A stretch of 64,000 nucleotides of DNA. Origin: Mobula hypostoma. Lineage: Eukaryota. The first letter of the stretch is position 1, and each line of letters begins with the position of its first letter. The notes under the pieces are model-generated. The model was not told the DNA's origin, ran no database searches, and saw nothing but the letters and a program-made list of their open reading frames with translations. The stretch covers positions 49,044,001-49,108,000 of the forward strand of contig NC_086097.1 in NCBI RefSeq assembly GCF_963921235.1, read 5' to 3'. A program made the position numbers and the translations under genes. Shown here piece by piece: positions 12,478 to 23,840 of the stretch.

Positions 12478-12613
12478 GTGGTAACTCTGAAATGCCCAAC
12501 ATCCATATTGAGGAAGAGATCCAAGTTGACAAGATATCAAGATTCTGTTTCTCACAGAACAAAATCTGAAAGAAGAGTTCGCTTTCAAGAATCAGAAGAG
12601 ATAATTTTTCACA
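12478..12613 (+). CDS. NRAC: NRAC/C14orf180-like coding exon (VVTLKCPTSILRKRSKLTRYQDSVSHRTKSERRVRFQESEEIIFH)
   Basis: caacag|GTG acceptor, CACA|gtatgt donor, 136 nt, phase 0 to 1. KCPTSILRKR...RRVRFQE resembles the recalled mammalian NRAC segment KCPPSILKR...RRVWFREP. The gene sits next to TMEM179, as in human. Confidence 0.8.
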
Positions 12614-13679
12614 GTATGTTTGATAATATTTTAACTATTTCATGTTATAAAAAGTGAAGTTACGGGATTATTCTACCATTGAATTGTGAATTACTGGGAG
12701 CTGTATTAAAGACATAACGTTTGAAGAGGAAAATAGCCTTATTCCTCACCAATTTTCTGAACGCCAAGTTGTTCAGACCTAATAATTCACAGCCTCATAA
12801 GATTTATTAGCCTGCTTCAAAATGGATTATTCCTTGGAAGCTTTTGTTTCCGATTCCACTTGTATCATAAGTACTTTCTATATTCCTAATATTCAAATGT
12901 ATTGATCATGCAACTTTATATTCTTTGTTAAAATAAGTATAAATGAAAACAGTATGTGAGGAACTTGCAGTAAATCTGACAGAACTTCATCCTACGCATT
13001 CACAATCTCTCATACAAATGTTTGTCAGCTTTTAGATATCCAGAACATTTATCTTTATTTCAAGTTTATTTTAATTTTGTTGTTTTAACATATAAGCAAA
13101 ATGATGGTATATATCCAATATAAAGTTTGGTTAAAGGATTAACTTACTAGTTTTGAAGAACCTATATATTACAGGCATGAGATAGTAAAGTTACTGAATA
13201 ACAAACAAGGAATATAACATTCTAGTTGACATGGTAGCCACAAGTCAACTGTGAAACGTACTGCATGAATCTCATTATCCTTTTGATTGGGTTCTCCCAA
13301 ATGATTTTACCTCTGAATATATGTCAGTAGTTTTTCTATATTCATTTTTAAACTTCTCATTTAGTCTTCAGCAAGCCTGAAGTGGTTGACATCCACAATT
13401 TCGATAATGCAAGGTGAACTTTAAGCTGTTCTCTTTTCTCTTTGCTGTTCTCTGTTTATGTTAAAGAGGATATCCTGGACTGATACTCCAGTAGTGAAGA
13501 AATTATTTTTGGTCAAAATTGATGACATTTCATTAAGACTCTACACTTTCTCCATTGAATACGAGAACATTCATCTATAAATTCAACCACTGCAGTTCTT
13601 ATGCAAACAACAAATCTTAGTGAACTCCCAGTGGACACCCTTTAAGCAGTTTTCTCACAGAAATGGCACAGCAATCCTA

Positions 13680-13855
13680 ATACAACATTTGTGAGCAGTT
13701 TTGGGCCCCTTATCTAAAATAGGATGTGCTGCTACCAGAGAGGGTGCAAAGGAAATTTACAAGAATGATCCCGGAAATGAGAGGGTTAACATATGCATTT
13801 GATGTGTCTGGGTGGAGCAGATTCGATGAGTCAAATGGCTTAACTTTGCTCCAAT
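13680..13855 (+). mobile_element. Short degraded CR1 3' fragment (resumes at about 21477-21495)
   Basis: gagcagttttgggccccttatcta...; tccaat duplicated at 13850-13855 and 21471-21476 around the nested CR1. Confidence 0.6.
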
Positions 13856-13979
13856 ATACATAAGAAATAGGACCAGGAGTAGGCCATCTGGCCCATAGAG
13901 CCTGCCCACCATTCAATAAGATCATGGCTGATCTGTCCATAAACTCAGCTCCATCTACCTGCCTTTTCCCCATAACTCT

Positions 13980-14530
13980 TGTTGTAGCGTGGATGAAATC
14001 ACTGGGGAGACAGAATCACTGGTAGATACAAAGCAGCTTCTTTATTCGACACAGCAAAGTACAGCAGGCCTCTTAACGGATGGAGACGCTTCCCGCAGAA
14101 AGGTCTGCTAGCTAAAATGTGGGCTCGATATTTATATGCTAAACACAAAGGGAATCGCTACTTAAAAAGTTACAGACAATGCTTCCTTTTGAAGTTACAT
14201 ACAAACATCACACCTTCGGATTTCATCCTTTCCTTCTGACGCCAACATGTCTGTGTTGGTATCCACAGCCTTTAGTTCAATCCACAATACATTTTTTGGC
14301 ATTTCCTGTGCTAACATAGAAGACAATTAATACTTATAATGTATAGATAACACTGTCTTCGAAACTACAGCATCAGGCACCAGAAGCATCTGGTATTTAC
14401 ACCTTTTAGGAAGCCCATTGTGGTGGACTCAATCCACAGTCCTTTGTCAAACAGTTAAAATAGCAGTCTGGTGGCCAAAGTCATTTAAGTGTAAACAAAT
14501 CATCTACCCAAAAAGAAATCCACTCTAACA
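13980..14530 (-). repeat. 3' LTR
   Basis: Direct repeat of 18047-18596, preceded on minus by the polypurine tract AAGAGGAGGGAC (14531-14542). Confidence 0.95.
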
Positions 14531-15329
14531 GTCCCTCCTCTTGGCCCTCCTGGACAAATTAAATTTGTATCAGGAAAGGCCAACCTAGGAGGATCTGCTC
14601 AAATAGGGCAGCAAAAATGCCCTGTCTCGAAATTCCCCCCCAATTTTATGTACCTCGATATCTATCCTAGCATTACCTACCAAATGTTAAGCGGAGAGGC
14701 TGTTCCAAGTCTTTAGGAATGCAGCTCCTTTCATGTGCCTGCAGGCTGACTGCATCTTAAATCACATTCCTTTGTCTTCTGCCCTTTATCCTCTGGTCGC
14801 TGAAACTCTCCTTCCAGGAGCACCCACGGGCTCTCTCATCGATGTACAGGAAGGGGTTGGGGAGGCCTTTACTTAAATGTCTGCAAGGACCTCTCCCCGG
14901 TGGCACCCCTTCTGAACTGTTCCGTTGATCACTGGCTCAACTGCTGAAAAGGGCTCAGCTCCTCATACTCGGGGTGACTGCTTTCAGATGCCGTGTGCAG
15001 TCTGAAATGCCATCGAAGTGGTAGAACTTGCCGTCTCTGCCTTAACTCAAAAATCTCTCCACGTCTATTTTCCAAATAATTTTCTATACTATGCTATAAA
15101 ATTAATCATCTACGTTCAGCAACCAGCCTTCTTTACAGAGCACCATCATCATCACACTTTAGCAGGCTATTCATGGTTTTCCAACATGTTCATAGTGTTT
15201 TCTGCCACGCTGTCAGCGTTTTCTGCCTTTGCGTTTTCATCAGCTGTGGTCAGGTCTGCCATGGTCAGCTGGTGTTCCTCTCTTAGGTTCTCTGCAATTA
15301 CATGGTTACTGGGTACACTTGGTTCCCCA

Positions 15330-16107
15330 TTCTGTCTGTAGGAGCAACAAGAGGGTGAGTTGTATGCTTTAACCTGGGTCCAGTGTTTCCACAGGCTGCC
15401 TCGCCGAGTCTGTACACAGACACACGTATCATTGGTTAAGTGTACTGTCTGTGGTCCTATCCACCTGGGGGCAAACCCTGGCCTTTCTGGCAGCACCCTC
15501 ACCATAATTTGTTCGCCGGGCTGTGCAAGAACTATCCCCTTTCCCTCTGGCTCTTTCTGATCAGCGATTCACTGTTGTTTCGCTCGGTCCTTTAATACTT
15601 TAAGTTGACAGTAGCTTTTCCCCCTGGTTTTGGGCCGGGGTCCTGTGCAGTCTATCTGGATGTTTTCCCAGGGTCCCCTCGGCCGAGGCTGATTTGCCAG
15701 CTGTAGCTTTCTGTCCTTACCAGAGTTATGCTGGGCACAAATGATACAACGGCGGCAGAATTTCTTAACATTCCCATGTGTCCAGCACCCACCTGGTCCC
15801 TTCTTTGCTCCTTTTCTCCTCCATTTTCCCTTCTCTTCTGCCTCTACCTCTTCGTATAATTTTACTAAACTGACTTCTGTCGTTTCCTCCCGCACACTTA
15901 CAACTTCAATTGCCAAACTTTATGTTCTGGAGTGGCCACAGTCTCTCTGAGTATCCCCTGGTGTTTTTGTTCCTTCGCTATACCCTGAATAGCGGTCGGT
16001 GTGTCAGTTTGTATAGGGTCCTGGTTAGGGGGTTTATACAGACCCTCCTCTATTTTAACTGGGTCTATCTCTACCTGCTCACAATCTTGCTTGTCTCCAG
16101 CCCACAT
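15330..16107 (-). pseudogene. pol remnants: RT N-terminus and deleted integrase
   Basis: QGILRET (RT start), CRRCIICAQHN, PRGPWENIQID and APRWIGP. The YxDD region, RNase H and most of the DDE core are missing. Confidence 0.75.
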
Positions 16108-16146
16108 AGCTGGGAACTGCTGACAAGGTGACCCATAGACACCATC

Positions 16147-16600
16147 TTAGCTGCAGTCTCTAATGATTGGGGCAGCTGGGCCTATGCTAGCCAGGCCGTG
16201 TATTATGTTGGTTGTGCGCGTTCGCTGCCCCTGACTCGTCCATATTACTTCTGCTTTTCCTGAATCTATGACAGCTCCTGCTTCTCTTAATATGTCTATT
16301 CCAAGGATCATGCCCTCATTATTTGGACATACCCAGAAATACACTGGAAGCTGCACTCCCCCGATTTCTAGTATTTGCTTCTCGCTTCTTCCTGCTTTTA
16401 CTGTTTTCCCTCCTATACCCCTGATATAACTGGCCTGTCCGGTTGTTGGTAAGGGTGAGTCTGTTATCGATACAGATGCCCCTGTGTCCACTAACATATT
16501 GCATTGCCGTCCCCCTGCCAATGCCGTTGTGAAGATCCGTGAGTCACCAGCGCTGGCAGTGGAGCCCGCTGCCACATCCTTTTCTGCCTTAAGAGGCGCC
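16147..16600 (-). pseudogene. Retroviral aspartic protease
   Basis: MLVDTGASVS ... ILGIDIL motifs. Confidence 0.85.
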
Positions 16601-16621
16601 ATAACTAACTCCTTGATGTGA

Positions 16622-17670
16622 TCAACAGTCAGACTGGCTGCTGATGGGGTGAGTGACTGGGTGTCTGCCGTCTCCTTCGCCTGGGTTTCCCCCCTCCCCT
16701 TTGGAACACTGTCTCCGGCTATGTCCCGATAGGCCACAGCTGTAGCATATCAACTCCTTCACTGTGTTATGCCAGGTCCAGCTGTCCTTTGCTATGTGCC
16801 CTGGCTGCTGGCAAGCAAAACAAGCCCTCCAGGACATCACAGCACCTGCACCCATTATACCCACTTTACGATTTCTCTTGCCTTTTCTTTGGTCTATCTC
16901 ACTGGCCCACGAAACTATCTCAGAGTAGTTGGACCCTACCGTTATGCCTAAATCTAAAACTTCCTGGTGGGCTGAGCTCAGGCCTTCCTTCAGCATTTTT
17001 AGGAAGACTGGGTCATCCCTCCCTGGATTATCCAATCCTGAATACTCCTCATATGCTCGGTATTTACGTTCTGCGTAATCCATGGCTGTCTAATCAGCTT
17101 TTTGAATCACTGCCATTATCGTTCCCCAGCTACTCTCGCCTCCCCCCAGGCGCTGCCTCACTTCCCCTTTAAAAGAGCGATATTTTTCTTCATTACTGGC
17201 GCTCCCGGTAGTTGTCCATGTACCATTCCGCACCCCCTGGGCCATCCTGTCCCACATATTCCTTGGGAACTTGGCTTTCACTAACACATGTATATCTTTA
17301 GGCTGCATCTGGTGAATTTCAACCATTTCCTCGAGCTTACGCCAGAATTCTGAATTCCCACAGGCGACTTTAAGTGAGGGCAACTCGGACAAAATGCTTT
17401 GTTTCTCCCCTGGGGTGAAGGGCTTATGAATAGTCGTAATCAAGGTCAAGGGCTGGCTCGGGTCGTCAGGGTTCTGAACCTGACGTTGCCTGACCTCAAT
17501 AGGTGCCATTCTGGTAGATATATCTGGGTAAAACCTCTTCCTGAGAATTCCCCACACTAATTCCCACACTACGCAAAATATCATAGACGGGTAGCAGTTA
17601 AACAGTACATAATTAAAACCACAGAGTATGTATTCCACAATCTGCCAATTTTGGGTACTTGAACTCATGA
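16622..17670 (-). pseudogene. gag (frameshifted)
   Basis: Capsid-like region followed by CFACQQPGHIAKDS and CYSCGLSGHSRRQC zinc knuckles. Confidence 0.8.
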
Positions 17671-18026
17671 TGCCTACTGTATTCCCTTGCATCACACTTG
17701 CACACGCATACACTAAAATGCAGCTCCCCGAACGAGTATACACGCCCCTACTCTGGCGTCTCGAACCGTACCGTTGGTTACCACCTTTCGCAACTGGTGG
17801 ACCCAAGTTAACCAAGTCAACATGCAAAGATTCCTCACTTACATAAACACACATGCACACGCACACACTACTTTAATATCTACCAGTCCAGCTCTCCACG
17901 TTCGTGATACCTCGTGTTCCCGTGTGTCCACCGACCGAACAGATCCAAGTGTGAGTGTTATTTTAGGAAAATACTCACCAACTTAAGACTGCTAGGAACG
18001 CTGGCCACACGACGGGTCACGAAGGT

Positions 18027-18044
18027 ATCCCACTTCTGACACCA
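18027..18044 (-). promoter_or_regulatory. Primer-binding site complementary to the tRNA-Leu(CAA) 3' end
   Basis: TGGTGTCAGAAGTGGGAT, 2 nt inside the 5' LTR; complementary to ...AUCCCACUUCUGACACCA. Confidence 0.9.
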
Positions 18045-18046
18045 AA

Positions 18047-18596
18047 TGTTGTAGCGCGGATGAAATTACCGGAGAGACAGAGTCACTGGTAAATACAAAG
18101 CAGCTTCTTTATTCGACACAGCAAAGTACAGCAGGCCTCTTAACGGATGGAGACGCTTTCCACAGAAAGGTCTGCTAGCTAAAATGTGGGCTCGATATTT
18201 ATATGCTAAACACAAAGGGAATCGCTACTTAAAAAGTTACAGACAATGCTTCCTTTTGAAGTTACATACAAACATCAAACCTTCGGATTTCATCCTTTCC
18301 TTCCGACGCCAACATGTCTGTGTTGGTATCCACAGCCTTTAGTTCAATCCACAATACATTTTTTGGCATTTTACGTGCTAACATAGAAGACAATTAATAT
18401 TTATAATGTATAGATAAGACTGTCTTCGAAACTACAGCATCAGGTGCCAGAAGCATCTGGTATTTACACCTTTTAGGAAGCCCATTGTGGTGGACTCAAT
18501 CCACAGTCCTTTGTCAAACAGTTAAAATAGAAGTCTGGTGGCCAAAGTCATTAAGTGTTAACAAATCATCTACCCAAAAAGAAATCCACTCTAACA
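18047..18596 (-). repeat. 5' LTR
   Basis: TG...CA ends; TATAAA (minus, 18198-18203) and AATAAA (minus, 18108-18113). About 20 differences from the 3' LTR by manual count. Confidence 0.95.
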
Positions 18597-18948
18597 CCCT
18601 TAATTCCCTTACTATGTAAAAACCTATCTAACTGCATCTTAAGTATATTTAGTGAAGAAGCTTCAGCTGCTTCCCTGGGCAGAGAATTCCACAGATTCAC
18701 CACTCTCTGGGAAAAACAGTTTCTCCGCATCTCCATCCTAAATCTCTCCTCTGAATCTTGAGGCAATGTCCCCTAGTTCTAGTCTCACCTACCAATGGAA
18801 ACAACTTTCCTACTTCTATCTTATCTATCCCTTTTAAAATTTTGTATGTTTCTATAAGATACCCTCTCATTCTTCTGAATTTCAGAGAGTATAGTCCCCG
18901 GCGACTCAATCGCTCCTCATAGGTTAACCCCTTCATCTCTGGAATCAA

Positions 18949-19218
18949 CACTCACAACATACTGGAGGAACTCAGCAGGGGTCAGGCAGCATCAGTGGAA
19001 AAGATTGGTCGACATTTCGGGCCGGAACCCTTCGTCAGGACGGCCCTGAGGTAGATAAGTCCCCTGGTCCTGATGGGATGCAGTCCTGTCCAGTCCTGAT
19101 GAAGGGTTCCAGCCTGAAATGTCGACCGATCTTTTTCACTGATGCTGCCCGACCTGCTGAGTTCCTCCAGCGTGTTGTGAGTGTTGCTTTGACCCTAGCA
19201 TCTGCAGATTATTTTGTG
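18949..19218. mobile_element. Palindromic Penelope-like terminus insertion with two opposed hammerhead motifs
   Basis: 13-bp TSD tctctggaatcaa (18936-18948 and 19219-19231); inverted arms; motifs at 19008-19041 (-) and 19092-19126 (+). Confidence 0.85.
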
Positions 19219-21812
19219 TCTCTGGAATCAATCTGGTGAACCTCCTCTGCACTGCCTCCAAAGCCAGTATATCCTTCCTCAAGTATGGAGACCAGAACTG
19301 CACACAGTACTCCAGGTGCGGCCTCACCAGTACCCTGTATAGTTGCGGCGTAACCTCCCTGCTCTTGAATTCAATCCTTCTAGCAATGAAGGCCAACAAT
19401 CCATTTGCCTTCTTAATAACTTGTTGTACCTGCAAGTCAACTTTTTGCGATTCATGCACAAGCACTCCCAAGTTCCTCTGCACAACAACATGCTGCAATC
19501 TTTCACCATCTAAATAATAAGCTGCTTTTCTATTACTCCTTCCAAAGTGGATGATCTCACATTTACTGAAGTTGCATTCCATCTGCCAGACCTTGGCCCA
19601 CTCACTTAACCTATCTATATCCCTCTGCATACCCTCCACATCCTCTGTACAATTTGCTTTTCCACTCAGTTTAGTGTCATCAGCAAATTTTGCTACGCTA
19701 CACTCAGTCCCCTCTTCCAAATCATCAATGTAAATGGTAAACAGCTGCGGGCCCAGCACCGACCCCTGCGGCACCCCACTCACTACTGACTGCCAACTGG
19801 AGAAACACCCATTTATACCAACTCTCTGCCTTCTATTGGTTAACCAATCCACTATTCATGCCAATACACTTCCTCTGACTCCATGCATTCGTATCATATT
19901 TATAAGCCTCTTGTGCGGCACCTTATCGAACACCTTCTGGAAATACAAGTATATGACATCCACCTGTTCCCCTCTATCCACTGCACTCATTATGTCCTCA
20001 AAGAACTCCAGAAAGCTTGTCAAACAGGACCTGCCCTTTTTGAATCCATGCTGCGTTTGTCTAATGGAACCACTCCTTTCTAAATGTTTTGCTATTTCTT
20101 TCTTAATGACAGCTTCAAGCATTTTCCCGACTACAGATGTTAAGCTAACTGGCCTATAGTTGCCTGTCTTTCGCCTACATCCTTTTTTAAAAAATGGCAT
20201 GACATTTGCTGTCTTCCAATCCGCCAGGACCTGCCCAGAGTCTAGAGAATTTCGGTAAATGATTAACAACACGTCTAGTATAACCTCCGCCAGTTCCCTC
20301 AGCACTCTGGAATGCATCCCATCAGGACCAGGGGACTTATCTACCTTCAGGCCCTCTAGTTTGCTCATCACTATCTCTTTAGTGACAGTGATTTTATCGA
20401 GGTCCTCACCTCCCATTTTGTCCATAACATCATTCTTTGGAATATTAGACGTGTCCTCCACCATGAAGACTGATACAAAATAGTCATTCAATGCTTCAGC
20501 CATTTCCTTAACACCCAATATCAATTTCCCTTTACTGTCTTCCAAGGTACCTATTTTGACTTCAGCCACCCTCTTTTTCTTTATATATTTTTGCTACCTG
20601 TTTTTATATTTTGTGCTAATTTACTTTCATACTCTATCTTTCCTTTCCTTATTTCTTGTTTAATTACTCTTTGTTGCTTTTTACAAATTTCCCAATCCTC
20701 CAGTTTCCCACTACTCTTAGCGACTTCGTACCCATGAGCTTTTAATTTGATACTATCTTTTATTTCCTTAGTTATCCAAGGCTGGTTCTCCCCACACTTA
20801 CTGTCCTTACTTTTGACTGGAATATACTTTTGTTGAGCACTGTGAAAAATCTCTTTGAAAGTATTCCACTGTTCCTCAACTGTCCTACCAAATAGCCTGT
20901 GCTCCCAATCCACATTACCAACTCTTCCCTCATCCTGTTGTAGTCTCCCTTGTTCAAGCATAATACACTAGTTTTAGATCTAACTATTTCATCCTCCATC
21001 TGTGTGCAAAATTCAATCATACTATGATCACTCTTTCCAAGACGATCTCTGACTACAAGATCGTTAATCTTACCTATCTCATTACACAGGGGTAGATCTA
21101 AGATAGCATTTTCCCTTGTAGGTTCACTAACATGCTGCTCAAGAAAGCCATCACAGTTGCATTCTATGAAGTCCTCCTCAAGACTTCCTTGACCAACCTA
21201 ATTCACCCAATCTATGTGGAAGTTAAAATCCCCCATGACAACTGCTGTTCCGTTCTTACAAGCCTCAGTTATTTCTTGGTTAATCACCTCTGCCACTGCA
21301 ATATTTTTATTAGGTGGTCTATAGACAACTCTCATCAGTGATTTTTGCCATTTACTATTCTTAATCTCTACCCAGATGGACTCAATGTTCTGCTCCATAG
21401 ATCTTATATCATCTTTCACAACCGCCCTGATCTCATCCTTAATTAAGAGCGTCACCCACCTCCTTTGCCTTCCAATGTCTTATGGTCTTGTGGTTTGACA
21501 TCATGGTTAACATCCTAGATCAATTGTTTCAGGAGACAGTTCCAGATAAGCAATACTTGATTTGGCATGTGATTTTTGATTTCACCTTTTGTTAGTTCTA
21601 AAACTTTAACCCTTATTATTAAAAACAAAAAGCTTCCTAGCACAATTATTTGCACAAAAAAAGATTTAATTCAAAATGTATTTATTTATTATTGAAGTGT
21701 GTCTGCATTATACATGAAGTAAATTGGGTAGAAAAATCTCATGAGAGCTCAATTTAAGAAGTTACTTTTGTTTTAAAAGGCCATGATATAAAGTTAGCCT
21801 GTTCTAAAATAG

Positions 21813-21833
21813 ATATAGTCCTGCCTGATTCTG
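21813..21833 (+). CDS. NRAC: Candidate 21-nt NRAC-like microexon (NIVLPDS)
   Basis: aaaatag|ATATAGTCCTGCCTGATTCTG|gtaagc. Symmetric phase 1-1 and frame-preserving between 12613 and 27044. Gives H-N-I where human NRAC has H-Y-I. Confidence 0.5.
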
Positions 21834-22529
21834 GTAAGCATCAAAAACAAGCTGCTGGAAGAGCTCACTGGATCAGGCAGTCACTGTGGAATCAAAGAAA
21901 TAGTCGAAGTTTTGGGTCGAGATCCTGCGTTAGGACTGTTGTAAAGTGTCCCTCCTCATCCTTGATACTTGCAGCTTTTGACAGGGTTGGCCATACTAAG
22001 GTTGGCCTTTCTAAGTTCCTTTTGACATCCAGACGGGTGAAGTGATCCTTGAGAGGTTTCATTCCTAGCTATCAGATTCAGAAATCTATTCTCTTGCCCA
22101 TTTTTCTTCTAATTGGTGTCTTCAACCACATCATCTGCAATACTTTAGATTTCATGTGTATGATGATGGCATCATGTCTCTCAACCTGCCACTGCCTTCG
22201 ATGCATCATATTGCTTTTCCAGCATATAGTATTTGAAAAACAAATTGTCGAGGAAGTTATTATGTGGTCAACACAGAAGACATTTTAAGGTGACTGAGCT
22301 CTTTCTTTATTGAATACAGGAGAAGCTATGTATAAATGTAATCACTGTGGTTATTGACAACATAACAAATCTTGGAGAAATCCTACTAGAACACACCCTT
22401 TGAGCAGTTTAAAGATGTGCCTCTACAATCCTTATACAACATCCAATTAAATATTGCAAACCATATTTATAGATATTGATCCTAACCAATGGTTAGACAT
22501 TGATTCAATATGTTTCCCAAACTAACCAA

Positions 22530-22870
22530 CAATCTTGCTTCTCCCCCCTGCCATCAAGCAGAAGATACATAAGCCTGAAAGCACATACAACCAAGCTCAA
22601 AGACCGTTTCTATCCTGCTGTTATAAGACTATTGAACTGTCTCCTGGTATTATAAGATGGACTCTTAACCTTGCAATCTATCTCATTATGATCTTGCACC
22701 TTACTATCTGCATTGCACTTTCTCTATAACTGTAACACTTTATTCTACTGTTTTATCGTTTTACTTTGTACTACCTCAATGTACTGTAAAAATGACCTGT
22801 ATGGATGGTATGCAAGTCTTTGAGTGTATCTCAGTGTATGTGCCAATAATAAACCAGCTTACCGATTTAC
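22530..22870 (+). mobile_element. Rex1-like LINE 3' end fragment
   Basis: ctcccccctgccatcaagcagaagatac...aagcacatacaaccaagctcaa; typical 3' end of the same group as 59140-60600. Confidence 0.55.
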
Positions 22871-23489
22871 CTTAGTGTTCTTATTAATCTCAATATGATT
22901 TCTTAAACCCATATCCTCTTCACCATCAAAGTTCCCTATTTACACTTCCAAAAATGTTTCGCTTTTGCTGGTCAAACTCTATTCTGTGCCTTTGTTGCCT
23001 CTAAACCTGACTATTCCTGAACTGTCTGCTTGGGCTCCCACATTTCACCCTCAAAAATTTGAGCTCATGCAAACCTTCAACTCTAACTATTATTTATATC
23101 AAATTCAATTCCTGCATCATCCCGTGCTCACTGGCCAACACTGGCTGCTGGTCCAGCTGTAAATGATGGAAGTTCTTCTGAAGTCCATTGAAGTCATAAT
23201 GGATAGGATTCCTGAGGCAATCTGTCAATCTCCTAGAAGTGCTCTGCAGCAAACCACAGTTATAGCTCACCAAATAAACTCAGTTTTCAGTGCAATAGAA
23301 AAGACATACCATAAAGATTAGAAGTGCTCAGAAAGCATTAGCTAAGACAATCTGTTTTAATTTTAGTTACAATCTAGGATCTGAAGTTCATTATATAACA
23401 ACCATAATATGATCATTCCAAGCCAATCTGCTTAAATGAATAAAGAAGGCTAAGATGTGTTTTTAAAATACTATTACATTATTTTATGC

Positions 23490-23840
23490 ATAACAAACAG
23501 CAAGAGGCCATTTGGTCATCTGATCCATGTTGACTCCCAGAGGAACAATCCTTTTAGTTTAATTCATGTTTTTATTTCCCTGCAGCCTTGCAACTTATTC
23601 TCTTTCACACCTGTCCATCAATTCCCCTTTGATTCTTCTTGCTCTTAGTGTACGCAGAGGTGTAATTTGCAGTAACCAATTAATTTACCAGCATGTCCTT
23701 GAGATGTGGGAAGAAACCAGATTACCCAGCAGAAACTCACACAATCATGGAAAGAATGTGTGAACTCCACGTTGACAGTATTAAACCTGGGTCCTGGGAG
23801 CTATGATGCAACAAAATTAAATGCTGCAGTGCTGATCCAC
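23490..23840 (-). mobile_element. Degraded V-SINE (HE1-like)
   Basis: tgggaagaaaccagattacccagcagaaactcac...aactccac is the reverse complement of the V-SINE core. Confidence 0.6.

Larger units (their letters stand above)
13980..18596 (-). mobile_element. Internally deleted endogenous retrovirus-like provirus (LTR-gag-pro-deleted pol-LTR)
   Basis: Paired ~550-bp TG...CA LTRs, 4-bp TSD ctct/ccct, PBS, PPT, two CCHC-type knuckles, DTG protease and integrase remnants. Confidence 0.92.
13856..21470 (-). mobile_element. CR1 LINE (endonuclease plus RT) carrying a nested provirus and a Penelope-like insert
   Basis: 3' end at 13856-13979, body at 18597-21470 with VVYRPP, MGDFN, GVPQGSVLGP and KFADDTK. 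Confidence 0.9.

Noticed and set aside
12454..12569. Alternative acceptor at 12453 and ATG at 12462 for the NRAC-like exon
   Set aside because: The upstream acceptor adds two in-frame TGA stops; the ATG frame lacks the conserved motifs and terminates early.
18027..18044. tRNA-Leu gene
   Set aside because: Only the 18 nt matching the tRNA 3' end, including CCA, are present next to an LTR; this is a primer-binding site.
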